DNA of 64,000 nucleotides from Octopus vulgaris (lineage: Eukaryota), in assembly GCA_951406725.2 (NCBI GenBank), contig OX597822.1, positions 86,552,001 to 86,616,000 on the forward strand, written 5' to 3'. A program made the translations under genes and the position numbers. Shown here in pieces: positions 50,293-63,896 of the stretch (the first letter of the stretch is position 1; every line of letters starts with the position of its first letter). Under the pieces are notes generated by a model. The model ran no database searches and had not been told where the DNA came from. It was given only the letters and a program-made list of their open reading frames with translations.

Positions 50293-50895
50293 CATGCAGA
50301 CACGTTTCCGAAGAAATCTTTTTTTTAAAATGCTCTTTTGAAGGTCAGATGTGAAACTGCATCAGCCCCCTTTCTTTACACATATCTTAAGATCACATTT
50401 TGCAGAAATACGTTTGCTTGAGTGTGAACGACATTAGATTAAAAAATTTAAGAACTTTGAAAAGAATAGTAAAAGAATGGTGAAGTTATAAAAATTAGTG
50501 GTAACGATGTCTGGAAAATAAAAAAAACCATGATAGTGTTTGTTTGAAACGTCAAAGTGTATTAAAACAATATCTTTTACATACCTGCTAAAATTACTGG
50601 ATATATAAGCCCTAATCTGCGAATCAGTTTTGAAATGGCATCAAGTGTTTTCACTTTCCTTTAGCAATTTTTCGCGCCGACATTTTAAGCGGGGAACAAA
50701 TTACTCTTCGATTTGTGTAGAGAGAGAGGGGGAGGGGAGAATGAGGGAGAAAGGGGGGAGAGAGAGGGAATGAGTAAAGGTGTGTTTCATTTTTTTTTTG
50801 GCCTGTACAAAATAAATTTTGAAATTTGCAGATTCGGAATCTCTGCCCTCGATATAGTTTGTGTGTTCATGTAAAAATAAAACCAAAAAAATATC

Positions 50896-51560
50896 CTAAA
50901 ATGGGTACGATCCTTGATCTTTACCTCTGCCGATTTGTACATGTCCCGGTGAATGATTTACCGTATGGTGAATGTAACCGAGTATGTGGAGATTACAATA
51001 GCTTACCAAATTGTCAATCATAACGGTAGTTCCTGGAAGAACGTTTTGTCTGATAACATTCTCCAACGTCTCTGTACTCCTCTCGGGGACACGTTGAAGA
51101 AATCCTTTTCTGGTTGTGGTGTCATAACATCCGACGATCCAAGTTTTGCGACACATTCTTCCTGCATTGTTCTTGCTATTGAAGAACAAGCTTTCATCGA
51201 TCTCTACTATATGATCCGGACCACCAATGGGAGTTTTGTCCTGCAGCAGTTTTGTCAAACTAACATCTCTACAAAACTGGTACCACTGAACGGCAGTTTT
51301 TATATCAATGCAATTCATACTTGCAGATATCGTCACAGGCAATTCGAAAATAAAATCAAACACTAAATGAAAAATTACTTATAATGGCAGCTTAGAGTTT
51401 TCTCTAAATGTACCTTTCCTGATGGAAAGTTTTTTTTTTAACATTTAGCACACTTTCTATTGACAAACCCGTCAATAGAAAGACTAGAATTTTGAAAATT
51501 CATCGAATGTGTGCAAACACACCTTTTTTCATTGGCAATGTTTTGTCTTCAGATAATCTA
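50896..51560 (-). mobile_element. Merlin (IS1016/IS1595-like, ISXO2 DDE) transposase pseudogene A
   Basis: WYQFCRDV....IGGPDHIVEIDESLF...GR....WIVG......GFLQRVPERS.ETL..VI...VLPGTTVMID...Y..L...GYIHHTVNHS. Confidence 0.85.
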
Positions 51561-52424
51561 TAATGTTCTCTGGTGCAAGGTACAGCAAAAGTTCCAATCT
51601 GGGTGTACACAATGTCAAATAAATTCAGAAAAATAGCAACAGCTGCTTCTTTTTAAAGGGTACAAATTTTGTGAAGAAGATGATGATTGTTGCTGATAGG
51701 ATGGTTGTGGTAGCTTCTTGATTTCAATTAGAGTTTACAGAAATGTGTATGAACTTGTGCGATGTTAATCCTTCGAATTTATTTTTGTGATAATGGAACA
51801 ATGGGTTTCAGTCCTTACCACCCAGTTGGGAAGCTTCTTGTTGACGCACGTAGATAAACATAGATGAAGTCCCATTTTGGAAGTATGTTAAAGCTTTTAA
51901 TCGACGTATGACGGAGAATTATTCAATATCATGTTTGCTTCTATGAGAATAGCTTACCTTTGAAGCGAAAAAACGAGACCGACGTATACAACAGGTATGT
52001 ATTACATGCTATTTCACTTCTTTTAGCCGTTCATTTTCTAAGCTGTAGAGATTGTTGCGCTCGCGCACCCTTTATTGCTTTGGGACGGGTGTGTGGATCA
52101 ATTTTGGGGTTTTTTCAGGGTGCAAATGTTTCTTATGCTTTCCAAACCGAGTTGTTTATTTTCACGTATGGGGTATCAAAGGATTCAGTACTATTTTCAC
52201 TACTAACTAAACTTTATTTTCATTGACATATTTGAATTACAAAAATTTAAAATTATCTTTTCCATAAGTTATCTACCGTAAACATTTTATACGACGACCA
52301 TGATGACGTCACATTTTCTATATGAGTGCGTACCTCAAAAGACATCCATCATCACCTTCACTCACTCTATCTCTCTCACACACGTGTGCGCAGGCACATA
52401 AAATCCTAATTTTGCTCTAACATC

Positions 52425-53331
52425 ATGGCTCTATGCAACTGTTGCAATATCACTCTTTATGGAGGAGTTCTCCGTTTCCACGGTAAAAATAATACTGCCA
52501 TTACATACTTCACGGAACACCGTGTCCAGCCGTTTACCCACAAAAGTCCTACATGTAATTTTCCATGTATTTTGCGCGAGGAAACGAACATGTGGCGTTG
52601 CCGTAGGATGGTACGACGACGTCGCCAATCCAGAAGGGAGTGTGGATATTCTGAATCTGTATTGAAGAACTCCTTTCTGGAAAACACCCATGTTCCGCCT
52701 TGGAAGATTTTGCTTTTCATGAATGGCTTCCTCTGCACAGCTTGGCCGCACAGATTAATCGAGGAAAATCTCGGATTCTGCCGTAAAACTTCTGTAGATT
52801 GGCGGTCTTTCTGTGCTAAGGTTTGCCAGTTTTAGTCAGAAAACCACTAAAATATGATCGGAGGAGATGGGGTTGAAATTGAGATCGATGAAACGGTTCT
52901 GGTCCATCGAAAATAACGCGGCAGAATAATTAAAATGGTTTGGCTTTTTGGTGGAATGGAACGTCTGACGAAGAGAGCCTTTATGGTCCCACTTTTGACC
53001 GAATGTGGCGAGGGCAACAGGAGAGATGCTGACACCCTCATTCATATCATTAGACGTTACGTCAGGCCGGGATCAATAATTTATCGTGACTATTGGCGTG
53101 CGTATAGTAACTTGAGCAGCATGGGATATACACACTGTCAGGTTAATCACGCTGAAGACTGGATCAGTGTTTATGGGGAAGCCTGAAAAAGTGCATTGTT
53201 CTTCGCGGAATGAGACCGAAGTATCTCAAACAGTATGTCATTAGGTTACTTTTTATACGAGCCATCTCACTGCCAACTCAGCGACTTCATAAGTTTATTT
53301 TGGAAGCTGGAAAACTGTACCCATGTTCCTG
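52425..53331 (+). mobile_element. Merlin (IS1016/IS1595-like, ISXO2 DDE) transposase pseudogene B
   Basis: WRC...C...SV.KNSFLE; TSVDWRSFC; IGGDGVEIEIDET...RGR....VWLFGGMER...RDADTL..II...VRPGSIIYRDYWRAY..L...GYTHCQVNH; in-frame stops. Confidence 0.85.
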
Positions 53332-54211
53332 AGGACACGGAAGAATCGGTTCTTGATGTTCAATCACCCTTAACTTTTTTTCTATCATGAAACGATAGTC
53401 AACACCATAGCTATGAAACCATTCGGATAAACTTGTACAAGTGCACCTCCACGCAGTTCATTAAAAAAAAAAAAACCCTCGGATTCTCGTGTGTAATCAC
53501 CTTACCTTGACCTCCTAATGTGCTGCAAACCCCTTTTCTTCGAAAAAAAGGATGGGGTAGGTAACTGGAACCCCACCTCCTTGAAATTATTTGAAAATAT
53601 GCATAAATAGGATATATATATATTTATATATATATGTCGTACAAGCCAAAAAAGAACTACATAAATGACACACCTTACCTCACTCACCCCCCCTCTATCT
53701 CTCCACGAAATCGCAGAGTACTAGTTACCTGCTTTGTTTTAATTGGTTGAAATTCTGGATGTTGTCTCACCTGCTTTGACAAACATCAATGATTATTTCT
53801 CTTCACAAATGTAAGCTTAAAAATTCTTTGGCTTATACATAACCTATTTTAACACCAACTTTATTTCTATTATTTTCGTCTGTTTACTCCACAAAGGTGT
53901 TTACTCCTCCCATAAATGGGTTATTTTTTTGAGAGGGAGTTATATTTCACATTAATTTATTATTTCTAAATAGTTTCCCATTATTTATCTCATATTGTTC
54001 AAGTTAATTTTATGCTTATAACACTTAACATGACCTTCAACTTGTTCCAATTCCTGAAAATAAGAGTAACAACAGAACCTGATAATTTGAATAAATAACC
54101 ACACCAACACAAACTGGCCATGGAAATAATTTAATTTTTTTTTTTTTTTTTTTTTTTTTGAATTTAAAGAAACAGATGAAGAATGGCTAAAATTGAGTGA
54201 CTTTGAAATGT

Positions 54212-54217
54212 TTTATT
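54212..54217 (-). terminator. Candidate ACLY polyadenylation signal (AATAAA on - strand)
   Basis: tttatt on the + strand about 760 bp downstream of the ACLY stop. A genomic T-run (A-run on -) lies at about 54135-54159. The site is not verified. Confidence 0.35.
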
Positions 54218-54972
54218 GCTTTAGGAACAAATATGAAGTGTTATTTGGTCTATTATTCCACCAGAATGACATTGAATAACAGGTGATTGATTGAGTTAGC
54301 AAGAGAAATAAACACTTTTAATCCAACTGAAACACAATTATAGCTTCAGGAAACAGTTTCAACTAGATTTACAGCTTGGACCACATGGCTTTTCTTCTAC
54401 TCTTTCGTTAATATATTTGAGACAGAAGTGAAAATACTGAATAAATTTTTAAAAAAAGATACATTATTAAAACCTGCAACAAAATCACCCATTCCCCCAA
54501 AAATGAAAGAAAAAAATAATTTTTTTTTTTTTTTTAAATTGAAGAAGTTTGATTGGTTCTAAATAAAAAATTTTAAAATAGGTTGGTCACATGATCCAAA
54601 TAATAATTTAATTATTTTCATGAATTAAAGAAAATAATAAATTACAAGGGGAAGAAGAGAAAGAGGAAGAAGAAAGGAGGAAGACTACATAGTAGTTTTA
54701 GAGGACACTTGATAAATACATGTCTACCTTAGAGATAAAAACATTAGGTAGTTGATACATGATGTAGCCCTACAGCTAATCTACCAAAACAGACTCAACT
54801 TCTAGGGAATAATGTCGGCAACAATATGTGATCAGGATCGACTCCCTCATCTCCAAATGGTAACATTAAACCAGCCGTTTGTAAGGAACATATACAATCT
54901 CAGCAGTCAGAAATAACAGCACCAGATGGAAGAAGAAGATTTTTAACAGGAAGCAGGAATCAATGAGCAGTT

Positions 54973-55073
54973 TCAAAGACTTTCATGTAGACTCTCAGGT
55001 AAGATGTAGGAGATGTCATCCCATGGGTGACGATACAAACCTTGCTTCAATCTCTTTTGGTCCAAATAATGAC
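54973..55073 (-). CDS. ACLY: ATP-citrate lyase terminal coding exon
   Basis: [35 protein letters not shown]; canonical ACLY C-terminus. Confidence 0.95.
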
Positions 55074-55779
55074 CTAAAATACAAATGAAAAAGTATTTGT
55101 TAGGCAAATATTGATGTGATCAAAAACCTAAGAATAGTATAAGAAGTCGTTTTCTTTCTAAATATATGGAAAGAATTTGAAATTATTTGGAATATAATTT
55201 CACCTTCAGCATGCAAATTTATTATTGGCTGCTTAGATAGACAAAGTTGTTGGTGATGGTGGTGCAAGTGGTTGTTAGCCTGTAGAAATAACAGCTAAAT
55301 CTTCAAATCTCACCCAACTGTTTTTAAAAAGGAGGTAGAATACATTATGCAATGAACAAAAATGTGATGCTAGCTTTAGTTTAGTTGAGTCCTAACACTC
55401 AAATGATTTAGTGCGTGTGTGCCATCCCTCTGGTCCCCAGTGTATGTTCTTAATTCACCAACATTTACCATTCCACTGTCCTGAAGCAAGTTGTCCACAG
55501 AGATTAGATATTTTCTTGTGCTATTAATTCTTCCTTTGACCAGTTAATACAGGTTCTTCATGGTGCCAGATGCAATGACCAGCAATTCTCATTGTTCTCT
55601 GCTGAGTCTCCACAATTGCTGACAACTTAGTTTAATCAAAGACTTCCTCAATCTGTCATTGCTTGTAAATATATCCTCCAGAGGACTTATCACATTCAAG
55701 TAATCACTGTTGTTTACAAATAATTAATTAATAGGATTTAGAACAGAAAACTAAAATTATAATTGTAATGTATGGATAA

Positions 55780-56260
55780 TCATCATCATCACCATTTAAC
55801 GTCCGTTTTTCATGCTGGCATGGGTTGGACAGTTTGACTGGGGACTGGCAAGCCAGGAGGCTGCACCAGACGCCAGTCTGATCTGGCAGTTTCTACAGCT
55901 GGATGCCCTTCCTAATACCAACCACTCCAAGAGTGTAGTGGGTACTTTTTATGTGCCACTGGCACTAGAGCCAGTCAGGCAGGACTGGCATCAGCCACAT
56001 TCAGATAGTGCTTTTGGTATGCCACTGGCATGGGAAGCCAGTTAGGTGGCTCTGGCAGCAACCCATGCATGAAAGGTGGTTATTGCATGCCACCAACACT
56101 GGTAATGGCCACAACTAGAATTTCCATTTAATTGTGATTTGATTTGATTTACTTGACTCAATAGGATTCCTTAAGTATGGAATGTCACCAAACAATTCAA
56201 AGGTACTTTTTAAATGGGCTGGTTATATGACACTGGTGTAGGCTACGGCTGTGATCTCAC
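55780..56260 (-). mobile_element. RTE 3'-tail-derived repeat in ACLY intron
   Basis: catcatcat...tttaacgtccgttttt catgctggcatgggttggacag...ctacagctggatgcccttcctaa; copies at about 14263, 25203, 62570 and inverted at about 60240-60447. Confidence 0.75.
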
Positions 56261-56281
56261 TTTCTTTGCCAGGTGTGTGTG

Positions 56282-56325
<44 letters not shown>

Positions 56326-56410
56326 ATACACACACACATGCATATATAACGGATGAGAGTAAGGTTCTCAAAACAAATGTTCACTATCGTTCACTTTCCA
56401 AAAAACTTAC

Positions 56411-56487
56411 CAATGAAGCCCATGCTACGACCAAGCACAAAGAGTCCATTCAGAGCACCAATTTCCACATATTCTTGAGCTTCCTCT
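56411..56487 (-). CDS. ACLY: ATP-citrate lyase exon
   Basis: [25 protein letters not shown](G); cag|...|gtaagt; phase 2 to 1. Confidence 0.95.
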
Positions 56488-57364
56488 CTGGTGAAATTAA
56501 TAAAAAAAAAAAAAGAAAAAGAAAGAAAGAGAAATATTAGCAATCAGTGAAATTATATTTCATTTATAGACTTGTTCCCTCCTACTTCTTTCAACTTCAT
56601 AAATAGTTATAGTTTATTATTATTATAGCTAAATTGATTCAGACAGAGGGAAAGTGAGGAATCAATATCTCGTTTCATGACATCAAATGCTAAAACCAAA
56701 TCTTGTCCTTTACTGCTCTGTGATCAATAAATGATCAATAAAGTAATGAAGTAAAATCAATCAACGAAGTATCTTGAGCGTAAGAAAGAAATTATCACCA
56801 ACTAAAACATGAATTCCAATAGACTAATCCTTTCTTTTATAGGCACAATCATTCTGCCAGCTCACCACCTTCAATTCCTATAAGATAATAAGTTACATTC
56901 CAAAGAATTCCATAAACATTACATCCTAGCAAATAAACCTTTTCTTCCATTTCTTTCATAACATTACTTATAATTTTATTTCCTGATGACAGCTACCTTC
57001 CATATAACATCTTTAGGTGTTTATTTTGATTATGCCATCATATCAAAGGCCAGGTTGGAGCACCATTTTCACCAGTTAATTTCAAAATTAAATCACCTTT
57101 TGTTTTTCTTTGCTATTTATCCAACTTTCTAATAGTACTCTTGTATAAATAAAATGGAAACCAGAGTCACCTGCAGAACACTAAATGATATTGGAGTATA
57201 AAAATGGTGCCTGAGGTATTAGCTGGGGAAGCTAGTTTATTGTAGGTAAATCTTTGTGGTCTAGAGGAGCTGTCGGTTGTTTTACTAGCTTCAATAATGT
57301 TAGATGTAGTGTAGATACCGACGTGAGGGGATATAACTCAAATTAATTTGGGTATTAAATAATA

Positions 57365-57565
57365 TAATAATAATGAAATTATTGTATACAGTGCTCAGGT
57401 GCACCACAACTTGTCAAAAGTGCGTATAAAGCATATCCAGTAATGTACAAATGTCTGGAAAGTGAACAGTGTATGAGTCAGATACATTCTTGCATGTGCA
57501 TGGAGGGGAGAAAATCAGAGGTAGTGTTGGCGAATCTCAGGAAGCATGGAGGTTTTGAAGGATAC
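57365..57565 (-). mobile_element. CR1-type LINE 3' terminus
   Basis: Minus strand reads SFKTSMLPEIRQHYL* then a UTR ending ...gcacctgagcactgtatacaataatttcattatt. The same UTR end occurs at about 19790-19892 (+). Confidence 0.6.
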
Positions 57566-58891
57566 ACTGCTAATACATACTTATACAAGTGACTTCTTAA
57601 AGTTTCCATCTCCCCAAACTTCACTCGTAAGGCATTTGTCAGCCTCAAACTTTTTAACCCCATACCCATGGTTGCAGCTTTCTGTTTAGGTAAATTAAGG
57701 AGAAGAAACTGTTCTTGCCTGGGATACTATAAAACATTCGAGTCAGAAATGATGAAGTTACAACTGTCTCTTCGATGTTGGAGAGTTTTGTTACCTCATA
57801 TTAATGACAACATGAGAAATAATATATACAAAGTCACCTGATACATGTAGTTTTAATATCAATGGGGATTCAAATATAGCAAGGGCCATTAATGGAGTTA
57901 ATTAGCTGAAAGACCACAAACAAAGAGTCACAATTCAATTATCTTTCCTCCTTTTTTTCTTCTCCTTTTGAGCCCCCCACCCACCCATTTGATTTTTTTT
58001 TTTCTCTCTTGCAAAACTTATCTTTCTGATAATCTTGAAAATTTACCAGCTGTTGTTAGAGAACTGTTTTAAGAGAGAGACTTTACATCTACAAATGAGG
58101 CCCATTTCTCTCAAATGTCAACACAGAAAGGACTTTACATAAGACCTTTATTTTTCTGGTGCCTAAACATGTCACCTGCTTTAACACCACCACCCGGTCT
58201 TTGGATGTTTTTAGTTCTCTTGTTTTGTTGCAAGTTTTCAGATCAGGAAAGTCTCCAGTTTAAGGATGACATAGCTTCAAGGAGAGTTGCTTCCAACTAT
58301 TCTCATAAAGTGCCACCGATTATCAAAGTGTACAAGTCATGAAAGTTTCTCAGTTGAAGTCCATAGATAGGACAGGAGCCCAAACCCTTGAACTTGGCTT
58401 CTGGTGGTTGTCCTCAAAATCCTGAATTCTCTTCTACCTCAGTCTGCAACAAGTGTCCCAGTACGTACAAACTTTTGAGAAGCCCATTTTTGGCACCTGA
58501 TATCAGACACTGCTGTGGATGGAGGATCAACAATGGTTAGGGGTCCCTTATGAGCTACAGTTTACCTCCTGGATCAAAACATTCACTCCAACTCCAAAAC
58601 AAAAATTCTACAAAAGAGGAACTCAAACCAACTGACTGAACAGTTCTCCCAACTTATTCTAACCTTGACCCCCCCCCTCCACCACATCCTACCAACACAC
58701 AACCTAGAAATCTCAATCCTCTCCAACTCCATTGAACAACTTCAGCCCAGGAAAAGTGTCCACCCATCCTATAACCTGACTTTTCTCACCTGAACAAAAC
58801 TGTCACAACATCAAAGTCAGCAGAATCTAATGCTCATATGAAAACAATTGCTATTCCCATGTTCACACACACACACACAAAGTTAACTCAC

Positions 58892-58974
58892 CGTGTGAAA
58901 CACCCACAATTCCGGAAAAGATCAACCATTGCAACACCAATGAAACCATCAACATTTAAAATTAGGTTAGGTTT
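58892..58974 (-). CDS. ACLY: ATP-citrate lyase exon
   Basis: [27 protein letters not shown](R); NVDG motif; cag|...|gtgagt. Confidence 0.95.
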
Positions 58975-59899
58975 CTGAAATCAAAATAGAAACAACATTT
59001 ATTTCCCTGAAGGAAAATACTAGAACAATCATCATCATCAACATCATGACAGTAACACTTTAGAATCAAACTCCAACCAATTATGTTCCTCTCATCTTTA
59101 TAAAACAAAGAACTCACATGAGGCAAAACAATTTCCTACCATTTTGAATAGCAGAAAGTTATGGAGAATACAAAATCAATTCATATCCTCTTGAATACCA
59201 ACCAATCAAACAACAGAGATAAAATTCCATTTTTTCATTGACTTTGGGTTAGATTGGTTATGGATCATTTATATAAAACATCAGAAGCTAAAAATAAGCA
59301 GTTTTACTTTAAGGAAGCAGGACTACCACCATTGACGTGTGTCTTTAGTGAGTTCACTCTGTCACAGGTCTCCAGTCTGAAGTTAATATCTAAATATATT
59401 ACTTCCTATTGTATCAGCATTAAACTCCTCATTCCTCCATCAAGTTTTGGAAGCTTTACAAAAGTTGTGGCCACCGACCTTCCTCATTTGATGAAAACAT
59501 TTAAACAGTACCATTAGAAATTCCAAGAGTACAATCTTCATTTTATATAATAACTATTCAATGGGAATACATTGATGTGAAAACCTACTGAATCCAGAAG
59601 GACATTGAAAAATGGACATTAAACTGACTACAGAAAAAATTGATGCAAACCAACTTCTTTACAAGCCACAATGAATTAAAGTAGAAACTTTATAATAATG
59701 CAATGATATTTTTATTAAGAAACAGCATGACTATGTGGTCAGTATTGCTGTTCATGATATCCATTATCCTTTCAGTCATTATATGGGGTCCACCTCTTTT
59801 AACAATATCCAACTTGTTCAAATTTAGAAAAACTAACCTACTAATTACTAATGTATAAAATAGAAACAATTACTATAAAACAATTGTATGGATATTGTA

Positions 59900-60447
59900 G
59901 TTGTGATACCCGTGCTGGTGGCACGTAGGGCCTCACTGAGGAAATGACGAAGACCGAGACTTCTGAGATATGCTGTGACTGTGAAGACCCGACAAATGAA
60001 GTGAGTTCATGGCTCGCAGGACGGCCTGCTGTGCCAACCTTGGATCGTAGAGTGACCCGCTGTTCTTGAGGAGACCTATTGAGTCAAGTACGTTAACACC
60101 AACATCAATATGAAAATCAAATGGAAATTGTAGTTAAGATATCCGTGCCAGTGAAATGTTAAAAGTACCATCCAAACGTGGCCAATGCCAGCGCCGCCTG
60201 ACTGGCGTCCGTGACACATAAAAGCACCAACTGATCGTGGCCGTTTACCAGCCTCCTCTGGCACCTGTGCCGGCGGCACGTAAAAAGCACCCACTACACT
60301 CATGGAGTGGTTGGCGTTAGGAAGGGCATCCAGCTGTAGAAACAATGCCAGATCAGACTGGAGCCTGGTGCAGCCTCCAGGCTTCCCAGACCCCGGTCGA
60401 ACCGTCCAACCCACGCTAGAATGGAAAACGGACGTTAAACGATGATG
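59900..60447 (+). mobile_element. RTE 3' end repeat
   Basis: ggcacgtaaaaagcacccactacactc...ggaagggcatccagctgtagaaac...ggaaaacggacgttaaacgatgatg; CpG-rich, apparently younger copy. Confidence 0.75.
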
Positions 60448-60858
60448 AACATTCATCTCGGAAACTTGCCTCACAAACTGGATTGTAGATATTCTTAATC
60501 AGTCATTATACCCCCCCACTCTCTCTCTCTATTTATACATGTAATATTAATCATTTTGTATCACCAGCTGAGAAGAATATACTTCACCAAGGAGATTTAA
60601 TAACACTGAAACAATTTCTGTGATTCTTAATTCTTACCTCTCAAACAACCGAATCGATTTTAAACGACAGAGTTTTTTTTCAAAAATTTCGATAAGTTAT
60701 CTCCCCTACTTGTTCTTGGATTTTAAACACCTTGAGAGATTTTGTCTACTCACTGCCTGGATAGTTTTAGTTAATCCTTATATTACCTAAGTTTTTGATC
60801 CAGACCTCAGTTAAGCCTTATATTACAACATATATCTTTGATCCAGAGTCCAACTTAC

Positions 60859-60972
60859 CTTCGAGGTGGTTATTTTCTCCACTTCGCATGCGTAATCAAG
60901 CAGAGGAGTTGCAGGGAAGTGTTGCTTCACATAATCTTTTAAGATCACTACACGCATGTCAGGGTTGTTCAA
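60859..60972 (-). CDS. ACLY: ATP-citrate lyase exon
   Basis: [38 protein letters not shown]; cag|...|gtaagt. Confidence 0.95.
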
Positions 60973-61613
60973 CTGAAAATATTTAAACAGAGACGTTGTA
61001 CTTATATCCATGAATTTAATAAATATTTCAATGAGATGAACAGCTTTTGTAGGTGCTGTGAGATGATAAATCTGCACCTGCAAACTTCTTTAAGATGCAG
61101 GTTTGGACAAAGCTTCCCCCCCACCCACTCACCCATGGAAGATCTGCGATTGTTCATGCCTGGTTCCACCACTCCAAACCAGGCAAGGGATGAGATTCTC
61201 TGATGAATTTCCCAGGAATACGACAGTACTGGTCTCTAAGAGTCACTTGTTAAATGTGTCCATATATTGAATGATAGCACACAATGCTAGCTCGGTTGAA
61301 TTATTATAACATAATGCAATTGCTAGGATAGACTATGTACCATTTTGTGAGATTGCATCAAAGTTGTGTAATTCACTCACCATATTCACGAGCTACCTTC
61401 ATCAATCTTCAGTCAATAACGGAAAATGTTCTGATTCGTATTTTGATGCAAGACAATTGCATGTTGTTTATGCATGTGAGGATTGAATTACACAACTCTG
61501 ATGTAACCTCAGTAAACGAGAGTGTATCCTGATAATTATATTCTGTTATATACACGTGTGTGTGTGTAAAGAATTTCGAAATATATGTCCACAAAAATGT
61601 AAAGGCTACTCAC

Positions 61614-61757
61614 TGATTTCACACGGTGTCCAATGCCCATGATAAGTTTTCCCTTTTTCCTCATAGAATTAACAAATTCCATTGGAATCATGCTACTGTC
61701 ATAGGCTTCACTGAACTGCTTGGCAGCTGCATCTAGTGCCCCACCAAAGCGATCACC
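61614..61757 (-). CDS. ACLY: ATP-citrate lyase exon
   Basis: [48 protein letters not shown]; GIGHR motif; tag|...|gtgagt. Confidence 0.96.
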
Positions 61758-61982
61758 CTATCACGAGAAGAAAAACATGGTTCAAAATTCATTTCTAGTG
61801 AAATGGATGAAAATAATGATATCAAATATCAAAATTAGAGGAGGTGGAAGATATAAAATTGATGGATAAGATAGAAAAAGGGTAAAAGAATTACAAATGA
61901 AAGATAAATGTAAGGTGATGATGAAAATAATGAGAGTGATGGTGTTGTTGATGATGATGTGTGACTTTAAGAATATACTTAC

Positions 61983-62133
61983 AATAGTAAGGAGTCCAGA
62001 AGCTAGAGCTGAGACCAAGTCTTTGCCTGCCCGTGTACAGACAATAGCATTGTGTGCTCCAGAAACAGCCGGTCCGTGGTCAGCCGTCACCATCAGACAC
62101 ATCTCAATGAATTTGGTGGCATATTTTGGAAGT
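61983..62133 (-). CDS. ACLY: ATP-citrate lyase exon
   Basis: [50 protein letters not shown]; ADHGP motif; canonical splice sites, phase 2 to 0. Confidence 0.96.
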
Positions 62134-62952
62134 CTTAGAAGTTGAATAATAGAAAGAAAAACCTTAATGTATTAGTGAGAGAAAGAATAAGTAGAGAGGG
62201 AGAGGAGTGAGGAAAGATAGGAAGGACAGAGGGAGAAAAAGAGAGCCAAGAGCAGACTGGAATTCAATGATAGGAAATACTTTAAACAGAATGAAATTTG
62301 TTCAATAATAATAATTGTATCTAATTTAGGCACAAAGCCATCAATTTGAGAGAAGTGGGGATAATCAATACCATTAATGCCAATACTTGATTAATATTAT
62401 TTTATTGATCCCAAAAGGATGAAAGGCAAAAGTGGACCTCAGCAGGATTTGAACTCACAATATAAAGAACTGGAAAAAATATGGTAAGACATTTCTTAGG
62501 CACTTTAATGATTCTGTCAGCTAGGAACAAGTTATGAATGGGGGGGGGGCATTCGATCAGGTCTTGCCATCATCACCATTATAACATTTTAACATCTGTT
62601 AAATATTATGTCATGGTTTGGGCAGTTTTACAGGGGCTGGCAAGGCTGGAGGACTGCACTAGGCCCCAGTTGTCTGTTTTGATATGGTTTCTACAGCTGG
62701 ATACCCTTCCTAACACCAACCACTTTACAGAGTGTACTGGGTGCTTTTCATGTGACACCTTCATGAATGCTTTCTATATGGTGTCTGGCACAAGTGCTTT
62801 TTAAGATATAATTCTATATAACAAAGTATTTTCTCTCACAGAACCATTTCTGCTACAGATGAATCAGGTATTTTTGATTCCTGACAAAGACAAAAATAAA
62901 CAAAGAACTATGAAAAATGTATGGAAAGAATATAATTGAAATATTAAGTTAC

Positions 62953-63107
62953 CGTCTTTGGAACCAGAGAAGGCTAAGGACACCGCCAATGCCTAAATCT
63001 TCTTTAAAAATATCTGTGATTGGAGTTCCAGCATAGAGTAGCTCTGAACCTCGTTCATCACAAATGCTGGTCATGAAAGATGCAGGTTTACGAATCAAAC
63101 CAAGTTC
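62953..63107 (-). CDS. ACLY: ATP-citrate lyase exon (most 5' exon found in window)
   Basis: [51 protein letters not shown](R); near-identical to the ACLY citrate-synthase-homology domain; cag|...|gtaac. Confidence 0.95.
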
Positions 63108-63896
63108 CTGTGAAGGAAAAGCAGAAATAAATCAGTCCTAATAGGGATAAATGTTCACGACAGATGGCAGTAAGTGAAGGTCTCAATCAGAGGGTGGGGA
63201 TTAGTGAGTGAAAGGCTCGGTGGGTGAAGGTGGTCAAAGTGGGGGCTCAGTCAATGGAGGGCTTGATGGGTGTAGGTAGTTTCTGTGGGTATGGGACAAG
63301 GAGTGGAGAACCTTGTGAACGAAGGGCTCAGTGAATAAGGGGAAATGCAACGAAATACTGAGTGAATTACAAATGAGAGAGAAATAATGATGTTGCAATA
63401 AGTGGATCTTACATTCACTTTAATGACAAAGTATTCCAGTTATTCAATCAAAAGTACAGTGTCATTAGGCGTATATTTCAGTCACTGAATCCAACCATGA
63501 GGCAGACTTAGTGAAGAGAAGTTAGTGACCTATGAACTCTAAGTGCAGTCCATTCAATAAGCCTCTACAGTTCCCTTCTACCCAATCTCACTCAAGAAAT
63601 TGTGTGAGAAAAATCTCACCCGATGTGATCATACAGTGGAATTGAGCCCAGGACCTAGTGATAATGAAGTAAACATCATCACTTGACCAAGTGATGAAGA
63701 AAAGGAAGACAAAAAGCACTCAGAATATAAGGTGATACACTATGGTCAAAGTTTTAGCATTTTAGCAATTCAGAGATTGCAACAAATTCCATTTCATCAA
63801 ACTGTAAGATATCAAAAGAAATAATTATCCTAGAACCAAGAAACAAATCTGATCGATCATCATAGGTGTGTCGTGTGTAAATGAGGCAGTGGCTGC

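Noticed and set aside
50896-53331. Bacterial IS1595 contamination or recent horizontal transfer
   Set aside because: Embedded in eukaryotic repeats, decayed, and with motifs typical of eukaryotic Merlin elements.
60823-62145. ORF-track starts and ends around the ACLY exons
   Set aside because: They extend into introns; true boundaries were set by splice sites and ACLY homology.
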